49,110 nt of DNA from an uncultured Spirochaeta sp. (GCA_937140905.1 CAKZQO010000321.1:1-49110); one strand, 5' to 3'. Numbered from the stretch's first letter, positions 25,439 through 36,429 are shown. Program-made: numbers and translations. The notes: a model not told the origin generated them from the letters alone.

Positions 25439-27994
25439 TTCCGTAGACTCCGTCCCTGATTCCGTACCTTTCTCTGTCGGCCCCTCCATAGGTTCCTGTC
25501 GAACTAAGCTCTGGAACATCCACCAGGCCAGCAGGTAGAGGAGGATCGCTCCTAATAAAACCAGCCTGTAACCGAAGGAAACCGAAGCTAACCGCGCCAG
25601 AACCGAACCTGTAACCGATAGACACCCGTTCACTCCCCACGCCCACGGGATCAGGTTGGGACGCTTCTGGGAAACATAGGAGAGTCCTGTGGGGAAGGGC
25701 ATTCCCAGGAAAAAGGCCGAAGGAGCGATGAACAGGATCGAAAGGAGGATCTTCACGAAAAGCGGTGCCCCTAGAAGAGCATCCAGAATCGGAGACAAGA
25801 GTAAGATATAGAAAAGGATGGAAAGGCTAATTCCTGCCACGGCAATAGTAAGGAGTCGGTTACGAGGAAGAGTTAACCGACCGCTTGTCAAGCTACCTAC
25901 ACCAGAAAGAACCAGCATGGCCGTGATTACAACAGAGGTAGAAAAGATGGGGTCCTCTAAGAAGAAGGAAAGCCGCTGGATAAGGAATATTTCCACCAGC
26001 ATGTAAGCGATCCCCAAGCAGGAAAAGTACACTAGGACCTGAAGGGTTCCCTTCCGGTTCTGGAACAGTTCTTCCCAACGGCCAATGGCTGGTACTGCGA
26101 TGATCAACGCCCCAAACAGAATGGACACGAGGAAGGTGGCTACCAGAAGGATATACCCCCATTCCTCTGATAGATCCTTCAGGTTCTTTACAACGAGGGG
26201 AACGGAAGCGGGTTTCACGTAGGCGGTATAGTACGGCCGGTCATCTGTCGCGGGATCGATATTGAACACGTACCGTTTGTACAACTCCCTTTCCTTCCCT
26301 TGGGTAAGCCAGGAAACCGTATACTGATACAGCTCTTCAGGAAGAAGATCGGTAGAGGCAGTGCCTCCCTTCATCTGCTTGTCGTACCCCTCGAGGATCT
26401 CATCGAAAGTTCGTTTAGGATCCGACTTGCCCGGGTAGAAACAGGGGGTGAAAGACATCTTTTTACAGAATTCGAGAAGGGTTTCGATCTCCTTGGGTTC
26501 AAAAGGAGTCTTCTTCACCAACACTGTGGCGGTAGACAGAAGAAGATCGAAAACAAAGATCTGTTTCTCTGGTTGGGCAGCCCCGTCCATCTTCAAAGCG
26601 GCGACAATGGTTGAAAGCAATTTGGGCACGTTCCGGGGAGGGTTCAACCGGTTCCATACTGTCACTGCCAAAACCCCGGTGGGCTCCAAACAGGACAGGT
26701 AGGATCGGATCCCTTCCGCCGTGTAGATGAAGTTCTCCGTGATGGGATACCCTCCCGCAGAAGAAAGTCCAATGGAATCGATCAGACTGATCTCTACCAG
26801 GTCGAATCGCTCCTTCGTACTACCCGTAAAGGCCCGAGGTTCCGTCTGTACGACTCGGACTCGAGGATCGTACAGGAGATTGTCGGTAAACTCCCGGAAG
26901 TAGGGGTCATGCTTCAGCATTCGTAGGAGGTATGGGTTATTCTCGACCACAGTGACCTGTTTTGCACCATGATGGAGGGCGCTGAAAGCGCCGATCCCTC
27001 CCCCTAACCGGAGAAGTAGCACCTTCGGTTGTTTCAATAGAAGGTAGGGGGCTGCCATAGGAAGGTAGTTCATGTAGGCTTCTTCCCCTGGTTTCAGCTT
27101 GCGCATGATTCCAATGGGCCCATCCCCGTCGATGTACAGTCCTAGGAAGGCGTTCTGTGGCATACGGGCAATGTTAGAGCTGGCATTGTCGCTCAATCCC
27201 GGAGCGAAATGAAAGAAGGAACTGCTAAAGGCGTCGAACTCGCCCAACGGCCCGTAAGCGTGGTATACCTGTTTGGAATCGGGGAACTGCCGGGCGTAAC
27301 TGATAGGCTTAAAATCGGATACTCGAATCTCTCCGGCTACGAGAAGGACCACTACCGAAAGAAGGGAGGTCAATCCCACGGTAGAGACCTTCCAGGGATT
27401 CAGAATCGGGCTACGCAATTCCCATCGGTATTCGAGAGTACATAGGTAGGTGGCAACTGCTGCTAGGATCACAAGGGGTCCTACCAAGCGATCCGGAGGA
27501 AGGACATACATCAAACCCAGAATGAAGAACCCTCCGATTCCTGAACCGAGCATGTTCCAGAAGTAAAGTTGATGGATCTTGTCCCGGAAAGCGATGAAGG
27601 ACACTCCAATGAATACCGCGCCGATGAAGAAGGGGACCGAATACACCACATAGTAGGAAGCAATCCAAAGGATCTGCTTCGAATCCATCGTAATGAGAAG
27701 AGGATTGAAGGGTACCCATTGAGCCACGATATGAGCGGCAGCCATCGCCGGGGTTAGCAACAAAGCGGATACTAGCAACCACGCATCCGCGTTCTTCCGG
27801 ATGCGCTCCTCAAGGAAGGTCAGGAGAGTGCCTGCAAGGCCATACCCCAACAAAGCAATGCTAATCACCATGGCGCCGAAATTGGACCAGCTTCCTACCG
27901 CAAAGGTCCGCATTACTGACAATTCGTACGCAATGAGGGTCACAGACAGCACGAACAGTGCCGCCAACCGAAAGGAGGAGAGTTTGATACGCAT
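25397..27994 (-). CDS. Multi-TM membrane protein with central spermidine-synthase-like SAM-binding domain
   Basis: TM blocks at both ends, LYIDGD, VLLLRLGGGIG, VVENNP, ATDDRPY, GMPFPTGL and WAWGVNG motifs. Start moved to ATG 27994. Confidence 0.85.
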   Translation of the reverse strand: MRIKLSSFRLAALFVLSVTLIAYELSVMRTFAVGSWSNFGAMVISIALLGYGLAGTLLTFLEERIRKNADAWLLVSALLLTPAMAAAHIVAQWVPFNPLLITMDSKQILWIASYYVVYSVPFFIGAVFIGVSFIAFRDKIHQLYFWNMLGSGIGGFFILGLMYVLPPDRLVGPLVILAAVATYLCTLEYRWELRSPILNPWKVSTVGLTSLLSVVVLLVAGEIRVSDFKPISYARQFPDSKQVYHAYGPLGEFDAFSSSFFHFAPGLSDNASSNIARMPQNAFLGLYIDGDGPIGIMRKLKPGEEAYMNYLPMAAPYLLLKQPKVLLLRLGGGIGAFSALHHGAKQVTVVENNPYLLRMLKHDPYFREFTDNLLYDPRVRVVQTEPRAFTGSTKERFDLVEISLIDSIGLSSAGGYPITENFIYTAEGIRSYLSCLEPTGVLAVTVWNRLNPPRNVPKLLSTIVAALKMDGAAQPEKQIFVFDLLLSTATVLVKKTPFEPKEIETLLEFCKKMSFTPCFYPGKSDPKRTFDEILEGYDKQMKGGTASTDLLPEELYQYTVSWLTQGKERELYKRYVFNIDPATDDRPYYTAYVKPASVPLVVKNLKDLSEEWGYILLVATFLVSILFGALIIAVPAIGRWEELFQNRKGTLQVLVYFSCLGIAYMLVEIFLIQRLSFFLEDPIFSTSVVITAMLVLSGVGSLTSGRLTLPRNRLLTIAVAGISLSILFYILLLSPILDALLGAPLFVKILLSILFIAPSAFFLGMPFPTGLSYVSQKRPNLIPWAWGVNGCLSVTGSVLARLASVSFGYRLVLLGAILLYLLAWWMFQSLVRQEPMEGPTEKGTESGTESTESPMVPKEQEGLVQ

Positions 27995-27995
27995 C

Positions 27996-29162
27996 CTACT
28001 TCTGTTCCTTTTTTTCTGAGTCTTTTTTCTGTAAGTCTTTTTCGATGGAATGCACTTCCCCTTTACCGGCAGTAAAGGGAACAAAAATCACTTTCCGTCG
28101 GCCATGGAAGATATCTTCCCGTTCTAGGGTTACCGAGCCATCCGGCGCGACGTTCTTCGTCACCTTCATGACCGTCTGGCCAGAGGGTGGCCCGACCGGG
28201 ATCACCATGATTCCTCCCGGTGTTAACTGCTGGAGAAGGGGTGGAGGAATGTGATCGATTCCACAGGTCACGATGATCCGATCGAAGGGAGCGTACTCCT
28301 CCCAACCATAGTACCCATCGGCATTCTTCCGCTTGATGTTCTTGTACTGGGGATAGTCTGCCTCCAACTTTTTATAGATTTCGTCTGTTTCCTGGGTGAG
28401 TTCTGGAACGATCTCGATTGTGAACACGAAATTGGAGAGTTCCGCTAACACCGATGCTTGGTACCCGGAGCCTGTACCGATCTCCAATACTCGATGATGG
28501 GGTTCCACCCGGAGGTTCTGGGTCATTCGGGACACCATGTGAGGACCCGAGATGGTCTGCCCATACCCGATGGGCATAGCGGCATCCGCGTATGCGTTCT
28601 TCCGGTTGTAAGGGCGACAGAACTCCTCTCGGGGAGCCATCAGGAAAGCCTGTAGCACCCGTTCCTCCACGATATCCTGCCGTTGCAGAATTTCCCGGGA
28701 TCGCTCCCATTTCGCTTTCAAAAAAGGTTCCGTCTGTTTAGTGTTCTTTAGCATCCATTGGAGGTACCGCTCATACGAATCGGTAGGAGGTAGTTCTTTC
28801 CTCTGGGTGATATCGAAAGCCGGGACAAGGGTATTCTTTCCTACCTTTCCCAGATTCCCTGTCATTCCCATCGAAGGAGAAGCGGCTTGTCCCACGTTGG
28901 GAGAAACACTTCCGCCTTGTTCCCCTCCCACCACGGAGGGAGATTGCAATACCCTTCGATAGGGCGTACCGAGGTACACTCCCACTGCCACTGCAAGAAA
29001 AAGGATCGATAACGCGAAGGAGATCCTTAACGATCGAAATGATGAGGTGGGAGGAACAGGCTGATGAGAGGGTGTTTTCCCCCTGCCTTGTTCCTGGAAC
29101 CCGCAAACCCCACAGCCTTCTTCGGGTACGAATTCGAACCCGCACTCTGGACAACTAGTCAT
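27996..29162 (-). CDS. pcm: Protein-L-isoaspartate O-methyltransferase with N-terminal Cys-knuckle and TM anchor
   Basis: PREEF, AYADAAMPIGYGQTIS, VLEIGTGSGYQ, GYYGWEEYAPFDRIIVT and GGIMVIPVG motifs. Confidence 0.9.
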   Translation of the reverse strand: MTSCPECGFEFVPEEGCGVCGFQEQGRGKTPSHQPVPPTSSFRSLRISFALSILFLAVAVGVYLGTPYRRVLQSPSVVGGEQGGSVSPNVGQAASPSMGMTGNLGKVGKNTLVPAFDITQRKELPPTDSYERYLQWMLKNTKQTEPFLKAKWERSREILQRQDIVEERVLQAFLMAPREEFCRPYNRKNAYADAAMPIGYGQTISGPHMVSRMTQNLRVEPHHRVLEIGTGSGYQASVLAELSNFVFTIEIVPELTQETDEIYKKLEADYPQYKNIKRKNADGYYGWEEYAPFDRIIVTCGIDHIPPPLLQQLTPGGIMVIPVGPPSGQTVMKVTKNVAPDGSVTLEREDIFHGRRKVIFVPFTAGKGEVHSIEKDLQKKDSEKKEQK

Positions 29163-29214
29163 ACTGGTACGGATTATGCAATAACTTTCATGAATTGTAA
29201 ATTAGAATTTTGAT

Positions 29215-29482
29215 ATTCGGTATGTACTGAAAGTTCCCAGGATCATCACCCCTTGGCTGGATTACGGCACGGCCCGGATACCTTCGATTACACGGTCCAA
29301 GCAAGTGGTACTCTCACCAGTGCACCCATGGAGAACTTCTCGAGATCCTTTCATGGTTCCAAAGGATGTTCGTCTCACGCGTCCGCGAAATCTACGTTTT
29401 CTTCAATAACGATTTCGCGGCCTACGCGACACAAAACGCGGAGGAACTAAAAAAACTCCTTCCCCTCATTAGGGAGCCTTAG
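29215..29482 (+). pseudogene. DUF72 (YecE-like) gene relic with internal deletion and frameshift
   Basis: One frame gives IRYVLKVPRIIT. The adjacent frame gives WITARPGYLRLHGPSKWY...EIYVFFNNDFAAYATQNAEELKKLL, stop at 29482. No start codon. Confidence 0.8.
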
Positions 29483-30758
29483 CCCTTAATAGAGGTTGCA
29501 TACTCTTGCTTGGATAGGACTCGAACGGCAGGTTCGAGTCTTTGATCATCTTCAAAAGCTCCACCCTGTTCCGGACGCCTAGTTTGTTGTAGATATGAGT
29601 TACGTGGGATTTCACGGTGCGCTCCGTGATAGAGAGATGATCAGCGATACATTTGTTTGTGGCCCCGGAAAGAACCTGCTGGATGATTTCCCATTCCCTC
29701 CAGGTAAGATGAAATCGATGTAAGAATTGCTTCAGTCCCCGGACTTCCTGCCCGATGAGAAGGACTCCCAACAATTCCCCCATCCAGTCCCGCACAAGGG
29801 AAAGGGTAAGTTCCAGCCCTTCCAGTTCATTCGTTCGCGGAACTTGCACCATATAGGAAAGCTTTTCCAGTTTACCTTCCAATAATCGTCGGAATCCCTC
29901 TCGAAGGAGCGTATCGTCCCCTATCACGGTAGTTATATCTTTCCCAATCACTTCCTCCATCGATTTCTGTAGAAGCGCTTGGGCACGCTTATTGATCATC
30001 ATGATGCGGAGTCCGGGATCGAGAAGAAGAACCGCCACGTTCATGTTTTCCAGAATATCCTTGCACACCGTCTTATGCGTGATGGAGAGAAACCGATACT
30101 TCACGATAGCGTACCAGGTTCCCGCGAGGAAAATGACGAAGTAGAAGGGGCTGATCACGGGTATTCCCACCCGATACGCGATAAGGAGATCATTCGCCGA
30201 GGCCCCTACAAAGAACAAGAGCATGGAATAGAAGATGATCCGGGCCTGTCTTCGGACTCGTTCCGAATCCGCCCGTTTCCACCATCGATACAGGAGAATC
30301 AAAGAGAGAATAACCGAACCATGGGAATAGAGGATCCAATAATTAACCCAGAGGGAGTGGAGAGCCGGATAGAAGACCCAAGTACTTCCCGCTCTCTCGA
30401 TTCGTTCGAAGACAAAGAAGGAAGTCCAGTTCCGGTAGTGTACGGGTAGAGAAAGGAGGTAGTGCAGGGGAATCAACCACCTGTGATGCCTATGGCGAGT
30501 GAGCATAAGGACAAAAGGTAAAACATTAGATACAAAAAAGATCCCGAACGTGGCGCCCACACGGAATCGAGGCCATAACGTCTCAAGGGTGTCCGCGGAA
30601 AAAACGAAAACCGTGAAGAAATTCCAGAATGCCTCGCTCAAAGATAGGAGAAAAAACATTCGATGAGTTCGATCTCGCGGATCCAGCACGAGAACGTAGA
30701 TTCCAAAGGCGAGGGAAATATGGAACATGCTTAGGGAAATGGCAGCATAGATATCCAT
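29469..30758 (-). CDS. Membrane-bound one-component regulator: 7TM (HisKA_7TM-like) + PAS + LuxR HTH
   Basis: About 7 TM helices, ILENMNVAVLLLD...INKRA PAS, LTWREWEII...NKCIADHLSITERTVKSHVTHIYNKLGV. Confidence 0.9.
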   Translation of the reverse strand: MDIYAAISLSMFHISLAFGIYVLVLDPRDRTHRMFFLLSLSEAFWNFFTVFVFSADTLETLWPRFRVGATFGIFFVSNVLPFVLMLTRHRHHRWLIPLHYLLSLPVHYRNWTSFFVFERIERAGSTWVFYPALHSLWVNYWILYSHGSVILSLILLYRWWKRADSERVRRQARIIFYSMLLFFVGASANDLLIAYRVGIPVISPFYFVIFLAGTWYAIVKYRFLSITHKTVCKDILENMNVAVLLLDPGLRIMMINKRAQALLQKSMEEVIGKDITTVIGDDTLLREGFRRLLEGKLEKLSYMVQVPRTNELEGLELTLSLVRDWMGELLGVLLIGQEVRGLKQFLHRFHLTWREWEIIQQVLSGATNKCIADHLSITERTVKSHVTHIYNKLGVRNRVELLKMIKDSNLPFESYPSKSMQPLLRAKAP

Positions 30759-30994
30759 ATTTCAGGATCTCGGTACAGGTTAGATTATACTTCCATTTTT
30801 TCTTCCTCACAAGAAAAAACCTCTTTCATGTTCCGGATTTTCCTTTTACACTATCGTGTGAACAGCTCTTTTGATTTGCTTTAAATAGACATGGGCCTTC
30901 CCATTAAATGGTTAGCATTTGTGAAGAACATGGGACAAAGCTCGCGTCAATGGCAAAGAGCGTTATCCTTACTGAATCAAAGGAGTGAATACTT

Positions 30995-32506
30995 ATGCCA
31001 TCCTACATTCTTGCGTTAGATCAAGGAACCACCAGTTCCCGGGCCATCCTGTTCAACCGGGAAGGGGAAATCGTGGCTACGTCGCAGAAAGAGTTCCCCC
31101 AGATCTATCCCCAAGCGGGATGGGTGGAACACGATCCCATGGATATCCTTAACTCCCAGCTCACGGTGATGCAAGAGGCGGTGATCAAAGCGGGGGTCTC
31201 CTGGAAGGACTTAGCGTCGATTGGTATCACCAACCAGCGGGAAACCACTATCCTCTGGGATCGAGCAACGGGGAAGCCTGTATACAATGCCATTGTCTGG
31301 CAATGCCGACGAACCGCTCCCATCTGCGACCAGTTGAAGGCAGAGGGGCTGGAACCGTACATCCGGGAAGCCACAGGACTCGTTGTGGACGCGTACTTTT
31401 CAGGGACCAAGGTAAAGTGGATTCTGGATAACGTAAACGGAGCGCGCAAGAAAACCGAAGAAGGGAAACTCGCCTTTGGAACCGTCGATACCTGGCTCCT
31501 GTGGAACCTCACGGGGGGGAAGGTTCATGCGACCGACTTTTCCAACGCTTCTCGTACCCTGTTATACAACATTGCTTCCCTACGGTGGGACGCTAAGCTT
31601 CTGGCGGCTCTTAAAATTCCATCGTCGATCCTTCCTGACGTAAAACCTAGTAGCGGTCGTTTCGGATTCACTGATCCTAAACTAACCGGTGGCGTCGAAG
31701 TACCCATCGATGGGATCGCCGGCGATCAGCAGGCCGCCCTGTTTGGCCAGACCTGTTTCCGGCCCGGAATGGCAAAGAACACGTACGGTACCGGATGCTT
31801 CCTCCTGATGAACACGGGGAAAAACCGCGTGCCTTCCCAAAGCGGCCTTCTTACCACCATCGCATACGGGTTGGGCAAGGAAGTGTACTACGGTCTGGAG
31901 GGGAGCGTGTTCATCGCCGGCGCGGTAGTACAGTGGCTCCGGGACGAACTGAAGATCATTTCAACCGCCGCGGAGACGGAACCTTTGGCTCTCCAAGCGG
32001 GGTCCAACAATGGGGTGTACATCGTGCCCGCCTTCGCGGGACTGGGCGCTCCCTATTGGGACATGTACGCTCGGGGCGCCATATTCGGCCTTACCCGGGG
32101 ATCCAACCGGGCCCACATTGCGCGGGCAGCTCTCGAATCCATCGCGTATCAAAGTCGGGACGTGCTGGACGCCATTGAAAAGGATTCAAGAATTAAGCTG
32201 GCCGAACTTCGGGTAGACGGAGGAGCCTCGGCAAACAGCTTCCTCATGCAGTTCCAAGCGGATATCCTGGGGGTTCCCGTTTCGCGGCCCAAAGTCACGG
32301 AAACAACTGCATTAGGAGCGGCTTACCTCGCCGGGTTAGGATGCGGATTCTGGAAGGATCTGGAAGACCTTACCCACCACTGGAAAGAAGAGCGACGATT
32401 CCATCCGACCCTTCCGGCACAAGAACGAGAACGGCTCTATGCGGGATGGAAAAAGGCTGTATCCCGAAGCGGCAAATGGATAGATAGCCAACCAGACAAA
32501 GAGTAA
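30995..32506 (+). CDS. glpK: Glycerol kinase
   Basis: [46 protein letters not shown] and KNTYGTG motifs. Confidence 0.97.
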   Translation: MPSYILALDQGTTSSRAILFNREGEIVATSQKEFPQIYPQAGWVEHDPMDILNSQLTVMQEAVIKAGVSWKDLASIGITNQRETTILWDRATGKPVYNAIVWQCRRTAPICDQLKAEGLEPYIREATGLVVDAYFSGTKVKWILDNVNGARKKTEEGKLAFGTVDTWLLWNLTGGKVHATDFSNASRTLLYNIASLRWDAKLLAALKIPSSILPDVKPSSGRFGFTDPKLTGGVEVPIDGIAGDQQAALFGQTCFRPGMAKNTYGTGCFLLMNTGKNRVPSQSGLLTTIAYGLGKEVYYGLEGSVFIAGAVVQWLRDELKIISTAAETEPLALQAGSNNGVYIVPAFAGLGAPYWDMYARGAIFGLTRGSNRAHIARAALESIAYQSRDVLDAIEKDSRIKLAELRVDGGASANSFLMQFQADILGVPVSRPKVTETTALGAAYLAGLGCGFWKDLEDLTHHWKEERRFHPTLPAQERERLYAGWKKAVSRSGKWIDSQPDKE

Positions 32507-32569
32507 TGCGGGTAGATCCTGAGGGCATATACCTATTCATTATTTAGGTATTGTTAGTATACTATCCCA

Positions 32570-34705
32570 ATGCTGAACACAAGTCTAAGGTACAAAATGT
32601 TGGCCCTACTCTTGGGGCCTGTAGTGCTCATTTCCATTATAGTGGCCTTTGTATCGTATATTCAGATACGGAATACCGTGGAACCAATTATTTTCAACCT
32701 TTCTCAAGAGGTAGCCAATCGGGGCGCCGACGTGGTGGATCAATGGCTCATCGGGCTTATTCGGGAAGTCCGAGCCCAAGCAGAACGGAATATCACTCGA
32801 ACGATGCAATGGGATGCCATCAAAGAAGACTTTATGGAACGCTTACGGGAACGACCCGATTTCGAAATGTTCTTCATCGCTTATCCCGATGGATCTTCGC
32901 CTAATGTGTACAGGAAAGAACAGGGTGCAGACATCGTTTCTGGTCCCACTGCAAATGTTTCGGATCGAACCTACTTCCGGGCCATATTCCAGGACAACGA
33001 ACCCTACGATATCAGCAACCCCGTGATTTCCAAAGCAACGGGGCAGAAGATCTTCGTCATCGCGTATGGAGTGAAAGACAATCAGGGCAGAAAAGTAGGG
33101 ATTTTCGGAGGCACCGTTCTTCTAGACACCATCAGCAAAATTGCCGGAGACATCAAAATCGGAAAAAATGGGTACGGTTGGATCGTGGATGGTTCTGGAC
33201 AGGTGATAGCCCATCCCAATCAAGATATGGTACTGAAACTGAACGTCCTGGATTCCAGCAAGGTAGGGTTCAAGGGTCTAGAGGAAGCAGGGAAACTAAT
33301 GCTTGCCAAGAAACCTGGTACTGCTCGGATCACCCGACCGGATGGGGAGGCAGAACAGTTATTTTTTGCCCCCATTCTTAGTTCCCCGGGATGGGTGCTA
33401 GGGGTAGCCGTGCCTATCTCGCAACTATTGGAACGGGTATTCTACCTACTGCGAACCGTCATCATCGTGTTTTCTGCCCTTATGGTTATGATTGCCCTTC
33501 TTGTCCTTTGGGTGAGCAACCTCATCGTTCGTCCCATCCAGCAAACGGCGCTGATTGCTAAAGACCTAGCCGAAGGGGCAGGAGATCTCACCATTCGTCT
33601 AGGTGTGCACACGCAGGACGAATTGGGAGAAATGGGGCAACGGTTCAACACCTTCCTCGATCACCTCGAAAGTCTCGTCAAAAGTATCCGAGAAGCGGTA
33701 CGAAAATTGAAACAGATCGGAGAAGATCTGGCCAGCAATATGACAGAGACGAGCGCTGCGGTTACGGAAATCGCAGCCAATATCGAATCGGTGAAGAATC
33801 AGGTAGTGAATCAGTCTTCCAGCGTAACCGAGACTCTCGCTACCGTTGAGCAGATCAATCGTAACATTGAATCCTTCAACCATCTCATTGCTAGCCAAGC
33901 GGCCAGCATTACCCAGGCTTCCTCCGCCATCGAGGAGATGGTAGCCAACATCCGTTCCGTGCACTCCACGGTCGAGCGTAACAAGGAGAACATCGAACAT
34001 CTTCTATCTGCCTCTGGAGTGGGGAAAGAACGTCTACAGGGAATGGTAGAGTTCGTGCAGAAGATCTCCGCAGCTTCGGAAGGGATGATTGAAGCCAACC
34101 GGGTGATCATGAACATTGCCCAGCAGACGAACCTCCTGTCTATGAATGCCGCGATCGAAGCGGCTCATGCGGGAGCCGCAGGAGCGGGTTTTTCCGTGGT
34201 GGCCCAAGAAATCCGAAAGTTGGCCGAAAACGCGGGAGAACAGGCAAAATCTATCTCTCGAGTACTGAACGAGGTGCGGAAACTCATTGCCGAAGCGGTT
34301 TCCTATGCCCAGGACGCAGAATCAAAGTACGAAGAAGTCTTAGGAGGAGTCCAGAAGGTTCGGGACCAGGAATTAGAAATTCGAAACGCGATGGAAGAAC
34401 AGAGCGCGGGAAGTTCTCAGGTTCTTCAGGCCATTCAACAGATAAACGAGATTACTTCGGAGATCAAGAATGGCTCCAACGAGATCCTCCTTGGGAGTAA
34501 AGCTATCCTAGAGGAAATGCATCGCCTTTCGGATATTACCCGGCAGATCAACCAGAGCGCCCAAGAAATGGCCGCCGGAGCTTCCCAGATCAATACCGCA
34601 GTTGTCCATGTGAGGGACGAAAGTCAGATAAGTAGAGATACTATCGAATCTGTGGATGCTCTGGTAGGGAGGTTCAAGGTTCGGGAAGGAAAGGAGGCTT
34701 CCTAA
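32570..34705 (+). CDS. Methyl-accepting chemotaxis protein (dCache-HAMP-MA)
   Basis: Two TM helices, Cache motifs (SDRTYF, PVISKATG, GYGWIVD), HAMP, and IAQQTNLLSMNAAIEAAHAG hairpin. TATACT lies 6 nt upstream of the ATG. Confidence 0.95.
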   Translation: MLNTSLRYKMLALLLGPVVLISIIVAFVSYIQIRNTVEPIIFNLSQEVANRGADVVDQWLIGLIREVRAQAERNITRTMQWDAIKEDFMERLRERPDFEMFFIAYPDGSSPNVYRKEQGADIVSGPTANVSDRTYFRAIFQDNEPYDISNPVISKATGQKIFVIAYGVKDNQGRKVGIFGGTVLLDTISKIAGDIKIGKNGYGWIVDGSGQVIAHPNQDMVLKLNVLDSSKVGFKGLEEAGKLMLAKKPGTARITRPDGEAEQLFFAPILSSPGWVLGVAVPISQLLERVFYLLRTVIIVFSALMVMIALLVLWVSNLIVRPIQQTALIAKDLAEGAGDLTIRLGVHTQDELGEMGQRFNTFLDHLESLVKSIREAVRKLKQIGEDLASNMTETSAAVTEIAANIESVKNQVVNQSSSVTETLATVEQINRNIESFNHLIASQAASITQASSAIEEMVANIRSVHSTVERNKENIEHLLSASGVGKERLQGMVEFVQKISAASEGMIEANRVIMNIAQQTNLLSMNAAIEAAHAGAAGAGFSVVAQEIRKLAENAGEQAKSISRVLNEVRKLIAEAVSYAQDAESKYEEVLGGVQKVRDQELEIRNAMEEQSAGSSQVLQAIQQINEITSEIKNGSNEILLGSKAILEEMHRLSDITRQINQSAQEMAAGASQINTAVVHVRDESQISRDTIESVDALVGRFKVREGKEAS

Positions 34706-34737
34706 AGCTTCCCCGATCCTGTACAATAGAGCATCCC

Positions 34738-35916
34738 ATGAATACACCCATTTCAGGCAATCTGCCTCGTGCCATAGGAATCATCGGAGGGGGGCAGTTG
34801 GGTCGTATGTTGATCTACTGTTCCTGTAAGCTAGGATTCCAGTACGTGGTGTTAGACCCTGATCCTTTCGCCTCTGCCAAACCTTTAGCCAACCACTTCA
34901 TTCAAGGGAGCCTGTACGATCCTGTCTCCTTACGCAAACTTCTAGAGCATTCTGATCTAGCTACCTATGAAATTGAGCATATCGACACGAAGACCCTACG
35001 GGAAGCAGAGGATGCGGGGTATCAGCTCTACCCTTCCCCACGCCTTCTGGAAACGATCCAGGACAAGTTGGTACAGAAAGAGGTCCTATCCAAAGCCGGG
35101 GTACCGATGCCTCGGTTCTTCCGGTTCGATGGAACCGGTAAAGATCCGGGGAACACTCTCTTAAGTCTTACCCAATCCAATGGGATCTCCTACCCCCTGG
35201 TACAGAAGAGCCGTAAGGGCGGGTACGATGGGAGAGGAGTAAAAGTCCTTAGATCTCCCGCTGATCCCCTCACGGACGTCCCATCGATCATAGAGGAGTA
35301 TATACCCTTCCAGAAAGAGCTGGCAGTTATCGTGGCTAGAGACCGGGAGGGAAATACAGCCCTCTACCCCGTGGTGGAGATGGTGTTCAATCCCGATCAC
35401 AACATCTGTGACACTGTCCTTGCTCCCGCCCGCGTTCCATCCGATGTAACAAATGAAGCCTATAGGGTAGCTCGCCTGGCCGTGGAGGCTTTAGAAGGGG
35501 TAGGGGTGTTTGGGGTCGAACTTTTTTTAACCTCCGAAGGAAAGGTACTTTTAAATGAGGTAGCTCCCCGGCCTCACAACTCCGGGCATTACACCATCGA
35601 AGCTTGCCTTACCTCCCAGTTCGAACAACACATCCGAGCTATCACGGGCCTACCCTTAGGAGCGACTGACCTGATTCGGCCCGCGATAATGCTCAACTTG
35701 TTAGGAGAATCAGATGCACTAGGCGTTCCGTTCGTGGAAGGATTCAAGGAAGCCTTATCCATACCAGGGGTTTCCATCCATCTGTATGGGAAACGGGAAG
35801 TCCGACCCTTTCGCAAGATGGGGCACGTCACGATTCTGGGAACCACAACCGAAGAAGTCCTTCGGAAAGCGGAACAGATTCGAGGTATACTTAAGGTGAG
35901 GAGTGTTGAAACGTAA
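34738..35916 (+). CDS. purK: N5-carboxyaminoimidazole ribonucleotide synthase
   Basis: GIIGGGQLGRM, GGYDGRG, NEVAPRPHNSGH and RKMGH motifs. Confidence 0.96.
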   Translation: MNTPISGNLPRAIGIIGGGQLGRMLIYCSCKLGFQYVVLDPDPFASAKPLANHFIQGSLYDPVSLRKLLEHSDLATYEIEHIDTKTLREAEDAGYQLYPSPRLLETIQDKLVQKEVLSKAGVPMPRFFRFDGTGKDPGNTLLSLTQSNGISYPLVQKSRKGGYDGRGVKVLRSPADPLTDVPSIIEEYIPFQKELAVIVARDREGNTALYPVVEMVFNPDHNICDTVLAPARVPSDVTNEAYRVARLAVEALEGVGVFGVELFLTSEGKVLLNEVAPRPHNSGHYTIEACLTSQFEQHIRAITGLPLGATDLIRPAIMLNLLGESDALGVPFVEGFKEALSIPGVSIHLYGKREVRPFRKMGHVTILGTTTEEVLRKAEQIRGILKVRSVET

Positions 35917-35922
35917 GAACCT

Positions 35923-36429
35923 ATGAAGAAGAAAGTCCATACCCCCATCGTGGGAATCATCATGGGAAGTGATTCGGACCTTCCGGTGATGGAAGAGGCG
36001 ACGGAAATCTTGAAACAGGCATCGGTTCCCTATGAGATCACCATCGTATCCGCTCATCGCACCCCTCTTCGAATGGTGCGTTACGCCCAGCAAGCAGAGG
36101 AGCGGGGCATCCAGGTGATCATCGCGGGAGCAGGGGGAGCCGCCCACCTTCCAGGAATGACCGCTTCCCTTACCCGGCTTCCCGTGATCGGGGTACCCAT
36201 CCGGACTACCTCTTTTTCCGGCTTGGATAGCCTCCTGTCCATCGTGCAGATGCCCAATGGAGTCCCCGTGGCAACCGTTGCGGTAAATGGGGCCAAGAAC
36301 GCAGCCCTTCTGGCTCTTCGGATTCTGGCATTGTCGAATCCCTCCTATAAAGAATGGCTTAGGAGTTTCACCGAATCTCAACAAGCGGTTGTGGAGGAGA
36401 AAGCAGCGAAATTAGAGGAAGGTACATAA
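35923..36429 (+). CDS. purE: N5-CAIR mutase
   Basis: [22 protein letters not shown] and IVQMP.GVPVATV motifs. Confidence 0.97.
   Translation: MKKKVHTPIVGIIMGSDSDLPVMEEATEILKQASVPYEITIVSAHRTPLRMVRYAQQAEERGIQVIIAGAGGAAHLPGMTASLTRLPVIGVPIRTTSFSGLDSLLSIVQMPNGVPVATVAVNGAKNAALLALRILALSNPSYKEWLRSFTESQQAVVEEKAAKLEEGT

Noticed and set aside
29253-29450. 65-aa ORF from the track
   Set aside because: Wrong frame; the DUF72-like signal lies in the other two frames.
34706-34737. Purine riboswitch or PurR box before purK
   Set aside because: The gap is only 32 nt and contains just a TACAAT -10-like box.
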